Source: Paraspadella gotoi (lineage: Eukaryota > Animalia > Chaetognatha). Taken from it: DNA of 64,000 nt. The stretch is taken from NCBI GenBank assembly GCA_051294375.1, contig CM119265.1, positions 27,446,219-27,510,218 of the forward strand. The letters are read 5' to 3'. Below the pieces are notes generated by a model. It saw nothing but the letters and a program-made list of their open reading frames with translations, ran no database searches and was not told the DNA's origin. Made by a program: the position numbers and the translations under genes. Of this stretch, positions 37,606 to 50,703 are shown piece after piece. Each line of letters begins with the position of its first letter. The first letter of the stretch is position 1.

Positions 37606-38393
37606 NNNNNNNNNNNNNNNNNNNNNNNNNTCATATTTTTCTTCTTATGATTACAATTTTATATGTACAATTTTATTATTATGTACGTATAATAATAAAT
37701 ATGCGTACACTTTTTTCAACTTTTTATCATATCAAGGACGTGACCAAATAGTACGATTACTTTATATATATATATATACAGACATGGATCAATAACATTT
37801 AACATTTCCTATTTTGTTACTTGAAATTGATACAGATTTTCTCTTCTCCCCACAAATCCACCACACCGCTTCCCCCACAAAACTCTCCGCCCACAAAACC
37901 CGACCTTTTCTCTTCTCTTTTAACCACGAATCCCGTTTGTCTCTTTTTTCATTTTTCCACCGGTAGTAGCGCGGGAATCGATGCTCTCTCTCTCTCTCAG
38001 TCTCTTGAGTTCTTCTCTCTCTCGTCTCTCTCTCAGGCATCGTCCACAAGGAATTGTCGGGTTTTATGCCTTCACTTTGCGATAAGCAGCTTCATTCGAC
38101 AAATGGCCTTAGAGGAGAAAGAGTTTTTTTTTTCCCAGACTATTGTCAGCCTCCCTCCCGCCGAAATTGAGAGATGCTTCCTGTTTATTACTCCCATTTG
38201 TCAATTTTTCTCGGCCTAAATTACAGATTTGTCCGACAAATAGGACACTCTAAAACCTTAAGTTGCGAATGTCGTATCCATGTATTATTAAAAAAAAAAT
38301 AAATGTTAAAGAATTCATAATCCAGTCATTTTAAGAACTACTCGACCCTCAACGCGTTAATTTCTCTCATTCTCTATCGTTCTATTTGAGCAT

Positions 38394-38431
38394 TTATTAT
38401 TATTATTATTATTATTTTTATTATTTTTATT

Positions 38432-38499
<68 letters not shown>

Positions 38500-38540
38500 C
38501 ATTATTATTATTATTATTATTATTTATACTTTATTATTTA
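38394..38540. repeat. (TTA)n microsatellite
   Basis: Long, nearly pure TAT/TTA run. Confidence 0.95.
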
Positions 38541-39022
38541 TACTTTATCATTTATTTGTAGTGAAAGAATCAAATGCGATTTTTTTTCCTGATTCTTTTG
38601 GGTGTCCCAATTTTTATTGCGATATGTATGAGAAACAATAGGTTTATTTACATCTTTTGTCGTCATCTTTTTATCTATTAGCCTATATTGAATGAAATTC
38701 TTCAATTAAGAGATAAAATATATTCAATCAATCTATTCAATTTCATCAACATTATCAATTTTTATTGGTTAATTGTAAACTCAATCATTTACTTTTAAGC
38801 ATTGGTCGACTTTATCATCCCACGTGTAGCTAAATTCCTTTTTTTTTAAAGCTGTTGTTAGTCGCGTCTCTCCGTCAAATCCATTTAATTGGATGGTGAG
38901 ACATTTCATGATAACGTCGACGCCTGGGGACGCAGGGACTTTCATATCACCGCAACTTCCGCATTAGTTTTAAGTTATTTTTAATTGAGTAAAAAAAACT
39001 TTATCTAAAAAAGGCATCAATC

Positions 39023-39064
<42 letters not shown>

Positions 39065-39119
39065 AACTGATACGGAAACCTTAAAGATTTTCAAGATTTT
39101 CTTCGACGAATCCGTCAGA

Positions 39120-39497
39120 GTTGTTGTTGTTGTTGTTGTTGTCTTTCGATGTGGTCGTTAATTTCGTTTCAGACGTCATTGTTATTATAGTCGTTTTTGT
39201 CGTCGTATTGGTTTTCTCCTTCGTCGTCGTCGTCGTCGTCGTCTTCATCAATATCGTCATTATCGTTGTCTTCGTCGTCATTATCATCTTCTTCGTCGTC
39301 ATTATCGTCTTCTTCGTCGTCATCTTCGTCGTCACTATCGTCTTCTTTGTCATCAGTATCGTTGTCTTTGTCATTATCGTCGTCATCTTAGTCGCCATTA
39401 CCGTTATTGTCGTCGTCATCGTCATCATCTTTGTCATCATTATGGTCTTCTTCACCATCATTATCGTCTTCTTCGTCGTCNNNNNNNNNNTCGTCAT
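39120..39497. repeat. Degenerate (TCG/TCA/TCT)n trinucleotide tract
   Basis: gtcgtc/atcgtc/ttcgtc repeats that create spurious V/I-rich, T/K/M-rich and S-rich ORFs. Confidence 0.85.
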
Positions 39498-39951
39498 TCT
39501 TCGCCGAAATCAAGCAACATCCACGATCTTCTTCAAGGTCGACCTCGTCTTCTTAACTGGCTGCAGTTTCCGCCAACGTAGATTCACGTTTTTTCTTTCC
39601 ATTTTTTTCTTTTCTTTTCTTTTCTTCCATTTTTTGTTTTGTTTTTCGGTTGTTCTTTTATTTTAATTTCTCTTAATTTAATGTGTATTAAAGTTATAAA
39701 CTAATCCTTAACCCTTAATCCTTAATCCTGAAAAGAAATTAAAATATATTTAAGTTAAAATTAAATCCTGGCAAAAACTAACAAAAATGAGGCACTGTCG
39801 GAAAATAGAGCCCATTTCTTTTCCCTATCTCATCTTACTTCCAACAAGCGCTCACCCAAACGATCAACTTCACTCCCAAGCCATTCGTCCCTTTCACAGC
39901 CAAGATCCAAACCTATAATCCACAGCCAACTGCCCACAGCAATAACCGTCC

Positions 39952-40109
39952 ATATCACTTAATCACATCACTAAACCACATCACTTAACCGCATCACTTA
40001 ACCGCATCACTTAACCGCATCACTTAACCACATCACTTAACCACATCACTTAACCACATCACTTAACCACATCACTTAACCACATCACTTAACCACATCA
40101 CTTAACCAC
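39952..40109 (+). repeat. 13-bp minisatellite (CCACATCACTTAA)n
   Basis: About 12 tandem units, three consecutive ones with the CCGC variant. Confidence 0.95.
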
Positions 40110-40796
40110 CCTTTATTTCTCTCTCTCTCCCGCAATCATGGGCCGATCGCCTCAACAAATTCCCTTTCATCCAAAATGTATATCGTCCGAAAAATTCCCC
40201 AATTTTTTCCTTCGTTGATTTAAAAAAAAAGACTCGATGCTATTTTGTTTGTTTTTTTTCGTTTCTCTTTTTTCATCGTTGATTTAAGAAAATCATGTTT
40301 AAAATCAGAATAACCAAAATTTACAAACCTTTTACAGATTACAGTCCTACTACGTTCTGTAATATTGGTAATATATTTTTGATATTAATAATATAAAAAA
40401 AATGTACAAACCAAAATGTTGAGGTAAGAAAACACATAACTGACAATGTAAAAACTTTTAATTTCTTTCAGAAGGAATAAACCAAATAAGCAACTAATGT
40501 ATTTTATTCTTGTTATTTTTCCAATACGAAGTTTCACTTCTAAATGTAGGTAACGGTGTTTATATCGGGCAATGACAAACAAACATTTTTTCCCTAATTA
40601 TTTGTTTCAACTTTCTCTCTCTCTCTCTCTGTCTCTGTCCCGCTCTCTCTTCCACCCTCTTCCTCTCCCTCTCTCAGCCCGTCCTCGCGTCTCCGCTCTC
40701 TCTCATCTCGCTTATCATAATTGCCGCAAAAATTTCGCCTCTCTCTTTCTCGTCTCTCTATCTCTCTCTCTCTGCTCCTCGCTCTCTCTCTCATCT

Positions 40797-40827
<31 letters not shown>

Positions 40828-41194
40828 TTCGTCCTTCGCATGCGAGAAAATGGCCGCTTAAGCGATTCCCCTTTTACCCTCGTTCCTCACACTTTATCTA
40901 CATGTTTTCCCACTCGGATTTTATTTTTAGTTACGACGGAGCAACTCTATAAGTCACTTTTTGGTCGGTCAGTCGGTCGGTTCGTCGGTCTGTCTGTTAA
41001 AATTGCATATAATTCACCTATTATTACTTGCTCATTTGTTCAGATAGAAAAACCTACCTCAAATTTAAGGGACTGCTAGCGCCCGCCTTCCAGGTATCCT
41101 AAAACTATAAAGAAACAAAAGACGTAATTCTGTAAGTGGCAGTTGGTGTCTGCATAAATACATGGGCTAATGAAAGTTATTGTAGTCATGGCTA

Positions 41195-42985
41195 GTCATG
41201 TTCATTTCAATGTCACAGGTCATGTCATATCATATCCTCGAGAATACACATGATAAGGCGCAACAGATTTGAAATTACGTTTGTTGTTTTCTTATATTTC
41301 TGTTTCTTGTTTCTTTTGGCGTTTTGTCTCTGGCAGTGATCATTCTCTCTCAACTTTCTTTCTGTCTGTCCTATCTCTTTCTATTTTCCTCTCGCCACCC
41401 TCTCGTCTGTCGTTCTCTCTCGTCTCTCTCATCTCTCTTCTACATCTCCCCTCTCTCTCTCTCTCTCTCTATAATGGTACAGCTCATTAACAATTCGATT
41501 GTTACTGTGTTAAAATTTTCACGATTTTTGGAGCATAATATATACATAAATCAAACTAAATCACAATCTCTTTGACATCTCGTCATCTCTCTGCTTGCCT
41601 TCCTGCTCCTCTCTCAATCTATCATCTCTTCTTTTCCGGTTCCCCATATTCCTGCTTCTCTCTCTCTGATCTCTCTCCTCTCCTCCTTCTCCTATCTCTG
41701 CTTCTCTCCTCCTCCTCTCTCTCCATGCTCGCTCTCTCTCTGTCTCGTCTTCTTTCTCTGCTCTTTCCCGCTTTATCTTAATTTCTTCTGTCTTTCTTCG
41801 CGACTTGCTCTGTTGGCCTTAACGGTCCGTTTTTTTCATTTTATTATTTTTAAAATCAGGTTTATCTTTTTTTTTTTAAATTATTTTTCGGCAATGAGCT
41901 TTTAATCTTTTTTTCCATAATGTTGCCGTGATTTGGCTTGAAAATATACGTACCCGAAGGGACGCGAAGGTAAGACTGGGATTGAAAGAAAGAATGGAAA
42001 AAGAAAGAGGTGAGAGTGAAAAGGAAAAGAGAAAGGAGAAAAAGAAAACAAAAAGAGATAAAAGACAAGAATAGAGAAGAAAAGAAAAGAAAGCGAAGAG
42101 AAAAGAAAAAGGAGAAAAAGGAAAAGAAAGAAAAGGAGAAGAAAAAGGTGAAGGTGCGAAAAAAAAAAAAGCTCAAACCATGTCGAAATATTTCTGTCGT
42201 TCGAAAGATACCTCAAAATTTTTCGTGCGACGCTAAAGGTAAAGCGCAAACCATTACTGTTATTGGCTGCAGGGACCGATCATTAGTTGTCGAGATTCAG
42301 CACCGATAGCTTTTTTTGACGAAGTTCCGTGCTCACTTCATCTCACTCTCTCATGCTCATCTCTCTCTCCGTCTTCTCTCTCTCCTCTCTCCTCTCTCTC
42401 TCTCTCTCTCCACGATCTTTCCCTCTCTACTTCATCTCTCCTCTCGATCTCCCTCATCTCATCTCTCTCTCTCTCTCTGCGTTCTGCGAGTCGCTCATCG
42501 CTGCGCTCGTCCGCCACTCGGCTCTCGACGTCCGACTCTCTCCATCGAATCCTCGACTCGATCCGCCTCCGATTGCTCCTCTCTTCCTCTCTCTCTCTCT
42601 CCCCTCTTCTCAGCTCGTCACACAAGAGGTCCTTCGGTCATCGATCCATACACTTCTGTCAGTCTCTCTCTCTCTGCAACCGTGAGCAAACATGCCGAGG
42701 CAACAATAAAAAAAAAAAATGTTTCCCTGAGAACGGAACATGGCGACGATCATGAAGCGCAGAACAATGAAGAGAAATTTGTTTTCGGCGGGTCGCGGTG
42801 AATAAAGTTGCCGGCCTGATCGGGATGCAAATATGCATCGAGTTTATAATATTTTATCGCACTCGAGAGAAATCCAGTCGGGATGCAAATATTTCCCTAT
42901 TAACCTTTTATCTCTTTTTCGCCCTAGATACGAAGACCTCGGAAGAGGTGTGACGAGAAGAAGAAAGAAGAAGAAGAAGAAGGAT
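41195..42985 (+). repeat. Duplicated segment (insertion-rich copy of 44296-45499)
   Basis: Shared blocks in the same order: catgataaggc..caacagatttgaa, aaaatacccgaagggacgcga, aaccattactgttattggct, cgggatgcaaatat. Confidence 0.88.
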
Positions 42986-43322
42986 ATAGAATTACCAGTC
43001 AGTTTACATTTACAGTTCTTAGGATATCCATTCCCATTTGTCTCTGAATCTGTTATTTATCTTTTAAAATATTTAGATTAAAATAAATGATGGTATTTTT
43101 AAAATTTTTCCTCTTCTTAGTTAATTTTTACATTTTTTTTCTGCAAGACGGCTGGCGGATAGACCCAGGACGGACCACAAAAGTTAGATATAGAGTCCGG
43201 CCAGGAGTGTTAGTGCTAAATGATACTAAACTGAATTTCATATATAATCAAGTACAATTTATGCTTTGTTATTTTTTGAAACGAGATCAACTGAACGCAC
43301 CGCGCAGTCCGGGAGGAGAGAG

Positions 43323-43359
<37 letters not shown>

Positions 43360-46300
43360 AGAGGAGAGAAGAGAAGAGAGAGAAGAGGAGAGAGAGAGAG
43401 ACAGAGGAGAGAAAGAGAGAGAAGAGAGAGAGAGAGTGAAAAGAACGATGTTGGCGCTCAGGTCTGAAATCGAACTCAATGAATTTGGCGCCATCCTAAG
43501 TCAAAAATGCACGCAAATACAGCATGCCACCAGGCTATCCGCGCCCCGACCGCTTGATGGCTGCTGGCTGGCTGCCGCGCCGCCTCCGCGCGCCGACCCC
43601 GTCCGCCGCCTCCGTCCGCACTAGCGCCGCCGTCCGTCTTTTGTCAAACATGTTTGTGCACACTGGTGGCGCATACATGGATTTTCGCCGGAGCCCATTG
43701 AAAAAAGGTTGGTACAAAGGGCTCGAGCGAAGGGGTCGTGCAAGAGAAAGAAAGGAAGAAGGGAGAAACCATTTAGGGAAAGAGTTGAAGAAAAAAATAA
43801 GGAAAAAAGGAAAGAGAGAGAGTGGTGGGGAGAGAGGAAGAGAGAGAGAGAAAAGAGAGAGAGAGAGAGAGAAAGAGAAGAGAAAGAGAGAGGGAAAGAG
43901 AGAGAAAGAGGAGAGGTGAAAGAGAAATAGAAAGTGGTGAATAATGGTTAAATCGTGAGATAGGGAGAGAAAGCAAGAGAAAGACACCTGAGAGAACGGA
44001 CGGACAAAGTGTATAAAGAGCAAAAAAAAGAGAAAAGGAAAGAAAGAGAAGAGAGAGAGAGGGAGAGAGGAGAGAGAGAGAGAGAGTGAGAGAAGATATA
44101 GCGAGACGGAAAGTGGCGAGAGGAGAAGAAATTAACAAAAATGGCGTACGTTGAAGAAATCAAAAAAAGCTTTAAGGTTTTTTATGAGGGCATATTGCAT
44201 CAATTAGGGAGGAAGAGAGAGAGAGAGAGAGAGAGAGGAAGAGGAGAGAGTAGTAGAGGAGAGAGAGAGANNNNNNNNNNNNNNNNNNNNNNNNNATGTA
44301 GTCATGTCATTTCATGTCACCTCATGTCATATCATGTTTCGAGAAATACACATGATAAGGCAGTTACTGCGGCGCAACAGATTTGAATTACGGTTGTTGT
44401 TTTCTTATATTTCTGTTTCTTGTTTCTTTTGCGNNNNNNNNNNNNNNNNNNNNNNNNNNNNNNNNNNNNNNNNNNNNNNNNNNNNNNNNNNNNNNNNNNN
44501 NNNNNNNNNNNNNNNNNNNNNNNNNNNNNNNNNNNNNNNNNNNNNNNNNNNNNNNNNNNNNNNNNNNNNNNNNNNNNNNNNNNNNNNNNNNNNNNNNNNN
44601 NNNNNNNNNNNNNNNNNNNNNNNNNNNNNNNNNNNNNNNNNNNNNNNNNNNNNNNNNNTTGCTCTGTTGTCTTAACGGTTCCGTTTTTCATTTTATTATT
44701 TTTAAAATCGTTTATCTTTTTTTTGTAAATTTTTTTCCTGACGCTTTATCTTTTTTCATAATGTTGCGTGATTTGGCTGAAAATACCCGAAGGGACGCGA
44801 CAGGTAAGACTGGGATTGAAAGAAAATGGAAAGAAAGAGGTGAGAGTGAAAGGAAAGAGAAAGAGAAAAGAAAACAAAAAGAGAAAAAGAAAAGAAAAAG
44901 AGAGAAAAGAAAAGAAACGAAGAGAAAAGAAAAGGAGAAAAAGGAAAAGAAAAGAAAAGGAGAAGAAAAAGGTGAAGGTGCGAAAAAAAAAGCTCAACCA
45001 TTCGAATTCTGTCGTTCGACTCAAAATTTCGCGCTAAAGGTAAACGCAAACCATTACTGTTATTGGCTCAGGACCATTTGTCGAGAATTCANNNNNNNNN
45101 NNNNNNNNNNNNNNNNNNNNNNNNNNNNNNNNNNNNNNNNNNNNNNNNNNNNNNNNNNNNNNNNNNNNNNNNNNNNNNNNNNNNNNNNNNNNNNNNNNNN
45201 NNNNNNNNNNNNNNNNNNNNNNNNNNNNNNNNNNNNNNNNNNNNNNCGTGACAAACGATGCCGAGGCAACAATAAAAAAATGTTCCCTTGAAAGAATCGA
45301 ACTGGCGACGATCATAAGCGCAGAACATGAAAGAATTTTTCGCGGTCGCGAATAAATTGCGCCTTCGGGATGCAAATATCATCGAGTTTATCGCACTCGA
45401 GAGAATCGGGATGCAAATATTTCCCTTTAACTTTTATCTCTTTTTCGCTACGAAGACTCGGAGAAGGTGTGACGAAGAGGAAGAAGAAGAAGAAGAAGAN
45501 NNNNNNNNNNNNNNNNNNNNNNNNNNNNNNNNNNNNNNNNNNNNNNNNNNNNNNNNNNNNNNNNNNNNNNNNNNNNNNNNNNNNNNNNNNNNNNNNNNNN
45601 NNNNNNNNNNNNNNNNNNNNNNNNNNNNNNNNNNNNNNNNNNNNNNNNNNNNNNNNNNNNNNNNNNNNNNNNNNNNNNNNNNNNNNNNNNNNNNNNNNNN
45701 NNNNNNNNNNNNNNNNNNNNNNNNNNNNNNNNNNNNNNNNNNNNNNNNNNNNNNNNNNNNNNNNNNNNNNNNNNNNNNNNNNNNNNNNNNNNNNNNNNNN
45801 NNNNNNNNNNNNNNNNNNNNNNNNNNNNNNNNNNNNNNNNNNNNNNNNNNNNNNNNNNNNNNNNNNNNNNNNNNNNNNNNNNNNNNNNNNNNNNNNNNNN
45901 NNNNNNNNNNNNNNNNNNNNNNNNNNNNNNNNNNNNNNNNNNNNNNNNNNNNNNNNNNNNNNNNNNNNNNNNNNNNNNNNNNNNNNNNNNNNNNNNNNNN
46001 NNNNNNNNNNNNNNNNNNNNNNNNNNNNNNNNNNNNNNNNNNNNNNNNNNNNNNNNNNNNNNNNNNNNNNNNNNNNNNNNNNNNNNNNNNNNNNNNNNNN
46101 NNNNNNNNNNNNNNNNNNNNNNNNNNNNNNNNNNNNNNNNNNNNNNNNNNNNNNNNNNNNNNNNNNNNNNNNNNNNNNNNNNNNNNNNNNNNNNNNNNNN
46201 NNNNNNNNNNNNNNNNNNNNNNNNNNNNNNNNNNNNNNNNNNNNNNNNNNNNNNNNNNNNNNNNNNNNNNNNNNNNNNNNNNNNNNNNNNNNNNNNNNNN

Positions 46301-47577
46301 NNNNNNNNNNNNNNNNNNNNNNNNNNNNNNNNNNNNNNNNNNNNNNNNNNNNNNNNNNNNNNNNNNNNNNNNNNNNNNNNNNNNNNNNNNNNNNNNNNNN
46401 NNNNNNNNNNNNNNNNNNNNNNNNNNNNNNNNNNNNNNNNNNNNNNNNNNNNNNNNNNNNNNNNNNNNNNNNNNNNNNNNNNNNNNNNNNNNNNNNNAGA
46501 GAGAGAGAGAGGAGACAGGCAGCCAAGGAGCGACTTTCCAGAGACTTTCCGTAAGACGTGAAAAGTTGAAACTTGAAAAATGGAGAAGAAAGTCAGGAAG
46601 GTGGAAGCATTGTCGCTCAATGGGGGATGTTGAAGGGAGAAAGAGGGTTTTTGAAAGAAGGAGTGAGAGGCTGGATAAGTGTCCGCGTGAACTAAAAAGT
46701 GTGAACATATGTGAAATTCTTTTTTATTATCGACATGAAAAGAAAAGAGAAGGGAATAAGAGAAAAGAGAAGTAGAAAAAATAGAAGAGAAAAAAGAGAA
46801 GAGAAGAGAAAATAAAAAAGAGAAGAAAATGAAAGAGAAGGGAACAAGAGAAAAGAAAAGTAGAAAAAAAAGAAGAGAAAAAAGAGAAGGGAAGAGAAAA
46901 TAAAAAAAGAGAAGAAAATAGGAGAGAAGTTGAGAGAATGAAGCGTGAGAAATGGGAGGAACTGTTGGCGCGAAATGGATGGGAAATTGGACGGAATATG
47001 GGGCAAGAATATGGGCAGCGGGCGGCGGCGGCTCGGCGGCTTGCGGCGACGGGGGGCGACTGCGCTGCGGCGGCGGCTGGCGGCAGCGGTGGACGGAATA
47101 GAGAGAAATGAATGAGTGATACGACGTCACATCATCCGTTTTGGTCGAAAGTAAAGAAAAAGAAAAAAGAAAGAAAGAAGAATCATTTTTATCGCCAAAA
47201 AAAAAAAGAAAAAAAAGAAAAAGAAAAAAAGAAAGAGTTTCCTTTTTCTCTTTTTTATTTGGCGAAAAATCAGAAGTTTCATTGGTTTTTTAAGGAGCGA
47301 ATTAGAAACAGGTTTAATTTAATATTTTGTTTAGTTTTAAGTTATATTCTACTATTTTAGTATTTTACTCTTTCCTTTTTCGTCTGAGAGGAAAAACGGG
47401 ATTTATCCTGTTCAAAAAGTTTTAGAAATGAGAGGAACAGAATATAAAATTATCCATTTATTCCCAAGAAAGGCAGAGAGAGAGAAAAAAACCAACAGAG
47501 AGAGAGAGCAGACCGAGGAGCACGAGACGAGAGAGAAGAGAGAGAGAGAGAGCAGAGAGAGAGAAGAGAGGAGAGAG

Positions 47578-47616
<39 letters not shown>

Positions 47617-47773
47617 TCGCGTACATAAAGCCGCTTTTAACTTAAGAATCGACTCAAATCTAAAGATTTTTCGGCTCAACAAAGTTAATGTCAACCATTA
47701 ACTGTGGCGATTTAAGATTTAAGTAGAAGACGACTTATATTCAATGTTAAGACGAGATTTAAATAACCAATAA

Positions 47774-48181
47774 GGGAGAACTACCCCGTGTCCGTTCGCG
47801 AGTGACACCTAAAAAATCTTTACTATACTTTAAATATTTAATAAACAATTAATAAGTATATAATTAGTTGGAGAACTACCAGACGTTTTTTATGTATAAG
47901 TTTCATTTCGTGTTTAATTCATTTACTATTCTTTGTTTAATTTTTTATCTAACACAGTAAAATTGGCAAAAAAAACATTTTAGGTGTGTTTTTGATTAAA
48001 CTAAAAATATTTATATCATAAGAAATCCCTATTAATGGTCTAATCAAAGGCGTATTTCAATTATTGTTATGTTGAGTAATTTTTGAGTAATGAATGAGGA
48101 AAAAAAAATAAAAAAATATTTATCCAATGAGAAATAGTATGCATTTGGTGTCACTCGCGAACGGAGACGGGGTAGTCTCTC
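47774..48181. mobile_element. MITE with ~35-bp TIRs (PIF/Harbinger-like ends, tentative)
   Basis: Left gggagaactaccccgtgtccgttcgcgagtgacacc and right ggtgtcactcgcgaacggagacggggtagtctctc are near-perfect inverted repeats around an AT-rich interior. Left flank is TAA, right flank TTT, so the TSD is not clean. Confidence 0.85.
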
Positions 48182-48956
48182 TTTTCTAAAAGCGCCACAT
48201 TTCAATTCCTTGATTCTGGGATTTAATTTTAGCTTTGATATTTAATAATAATCTATTACTAAACCAATAACGTAATCTATATTCTTAGACTCTGACCCTT
48301 AACCCGACAACGCCAATCCCTAATCTTGAACCCAATCCCTTAGCAATAACCTAATCTTTAACCCTTAGCTCAAACCCCATCTGGGAAAATAAGGCTGGAG
48401 AACGATCGGTGCGATGATGACAACGACGACAACGACAACAACAACGACGACGACAAGGACAAAGTACGAAAAATCTTTGGCAAAAAAAAGGGGCCAACGA
48501 CTTTCTCAAGGTTTCCAATCGTTACAGAATGAATCAAAGATTTCGCCGAATTGTATATCTAGCGGAAAAATGGGTCATTAGATTAGGAGGGAAAGACGGG
48601 GCGGGCGGGTGTGAACTGGGAAGTGATCTGGTTTGACGCTTTGGAATTTGGTAAGTAAAGTTTGGTAAGTAAAGGTTGAACGGGTGGGTTCATTAGCGGA
48701 ACCACTTGGCTGTTGAAGACACGATCGAGCGAATGATTTGAAATTAATAAATAAATAAACGAGACTGTGAGAGAGTCTCGATTGAAAGCTTGCTATGTCA
48801 TTATCTTGTAAGAGCGATGGAGGCCTTAAACCACCAAGCCTGTCCAAAGTCAGGGGCAAGATAGCTTATTTATTGAATGAATGGATAATTTTTATATTTT
48901 TGGCACCAATTTCAAATATGAATAATATTCAAACAAACAAACAAAGAGAAAGAGAA

Positions 48957-49002
<46 letters not shown>

Positions 49003-49144
49003 AGACTTATTAGGTGATTAAGAATTTTTATACAAAAGGGGAGCGAAATTTCTCAGCTCACGATCGCTGGTGAATTCAGCTGAATTAAATTCGTTGAAGC
49101 GAAAGACGAATCTGAGAAAGACTGAAGCAAAGCGTCACATGCGA

Positions 49145-49905
49145 GAAGGGGTAGGAAAGGGAGGAAAATGGAGGAAAGGAAAGAAAGGAAAGGAAGGAAA
49201 GGAAGGAAAGGAAAGAGGAAAAGGGAAGAAAAGAGAGCAAAAGAAAGAAGGTAAGGGAAGAAAAGGGAGGAAAGCAAAGAAGAATAGGAAAGAAAAAGGA
49301 GTAAAGAAGAATAGGGAAGAAAAGGGAGTAAAGGAAAAAAGGAAAGGGAAGAAAAGGGAGGAAAGGAAAAAAGGAAAGGGAATAAAAGGGAGGAAAAGAA
49401 AGAAGGAAAGGGAAGAAAATGGAGGAAAGGAAAGAAGAATAGGGAAGAAAAGGGAGGAAAAGAAAGAAGGAAAGGGAAGAAAATGGAGGAAAGGAAAGAA
49501 GAATTGAAAAAAAAGGGAGGAAATGAAATAAAAGAGAGGAAAGGAAAGAAGAATAAAGAAAAAAGAGAGAAGAGGAAAGAAGAATAGGGAAGAAAAGGGA
49601 GGAAAGGAAAGAAAAAAAGGGAAAAAGGTAGGAAAAGAAAGAAGAAAAGGGGGGAAAGGAAAGAAGAAAAAGGAGGAAAGGAAAGTAGAAAGGGGAAGAA
49701 AAGAGAGAAAAAGAAAGAAGAAGAAAAGGGAAGAAACGGAAGAAAAGAAAAGTAGAGAATAGAGAGAAACGAAAGGAAAGGAAGGAAAGGAAAGGAAAGG
49801 TAAAAATAAAAGAAAGGGAGAGTGAAAGAAAGGAAGGTAAAGAAGAAAGTTGGGAGAAAAGAAAAAGATACGAAAGAAAGAAGGATGGAAGAAATAGAAA
49901 AAAAT
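49145..49905. repeat. Polypurine low-complexity minisatellite (GGAAAGGAAAGAAGAATAGGGAAGAAAA-like)
   Basis: Almost pure A/G with recurring 25-28 bp units. The 345-aa F/S/L ORF on the minus strand is an artefact. Confidence 0.88.
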
Positions 49906-50703
49906 AAATAAGATAATAAGATATGAATATAAAAATATAGAAAGAAAAAAAAGAAAGAAATTAGCTGACAAAAAAATGAAAAAAAGGAAAGAAAAATGAA
50001 ACTTGTAAAACGAGTAAAATTAATAAAAAAGAACACAAACATATACACAATTAAAAAAAGAAAACCAAAAAGAAAATATAAACTTTTCACTTTCTACTTT
50101 CCACTTTCTAATACTTACTTTTCAATTTACACTTGTGTTTGTACTTGCAAGATCACGTCATAAACCGATTTTAAAGAAAAAATACTACATTATCTAAATT
50201 CTTAACTTCACGTAACGTTATACAGTTTTGTTTGTATACAAACATCTCTACTCACGGTTCATTTTATCGAAAGTAAGTCTCGCTTTTTCTTTCCAGATTA
50301 AACTCACCATTTTCACCGAAATCACATTCTTTCTTTTCAAAGGAAAACTTTTTTCTAATTTTAATTCATATCGACGGAGAAAAATATTTAAAAGGCGGGT
50401 AGCTTTGCTGGGGATAAAGAGGAAAAGGAGAATAAAAGGAGAATAAAAAAATAAAATAACAATAACGATAAAAGGCATCGTTGCTCGTTGAGTCGAGATG
50501 CGAGAGGAAAGGATTTTAATCGGATTAAAGTGACTTTGACGACTCGTGAAAAATTATTTGGTGTATGTTTTGTGTTGTTGTTTTTTTGTGGTTGTTGTTG
50601 TTGTCACGTTCCTTAGCAAATTGGTATCGGGAGATTTGCGGGAAAAACAGGAAGAAGGAATCACATCCAATAAGTCCACCCGTCATAAAAGATACCTTGA
50701 GAT

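Noticed and set aside
38037-38122. Plus-strand GIVHKELS resembling a kinase HRD loop
   Set aside because: The catalytic Asp is absent, no other kinase motifs are nearby, and the donor is weak.
39081-39666. Asp-rich acidic protein or multi-TM V/I-rich protein
   Set aside because: Degenerate trinucleotide repeat; the Asp-rich frame contains an in-frame TAA.
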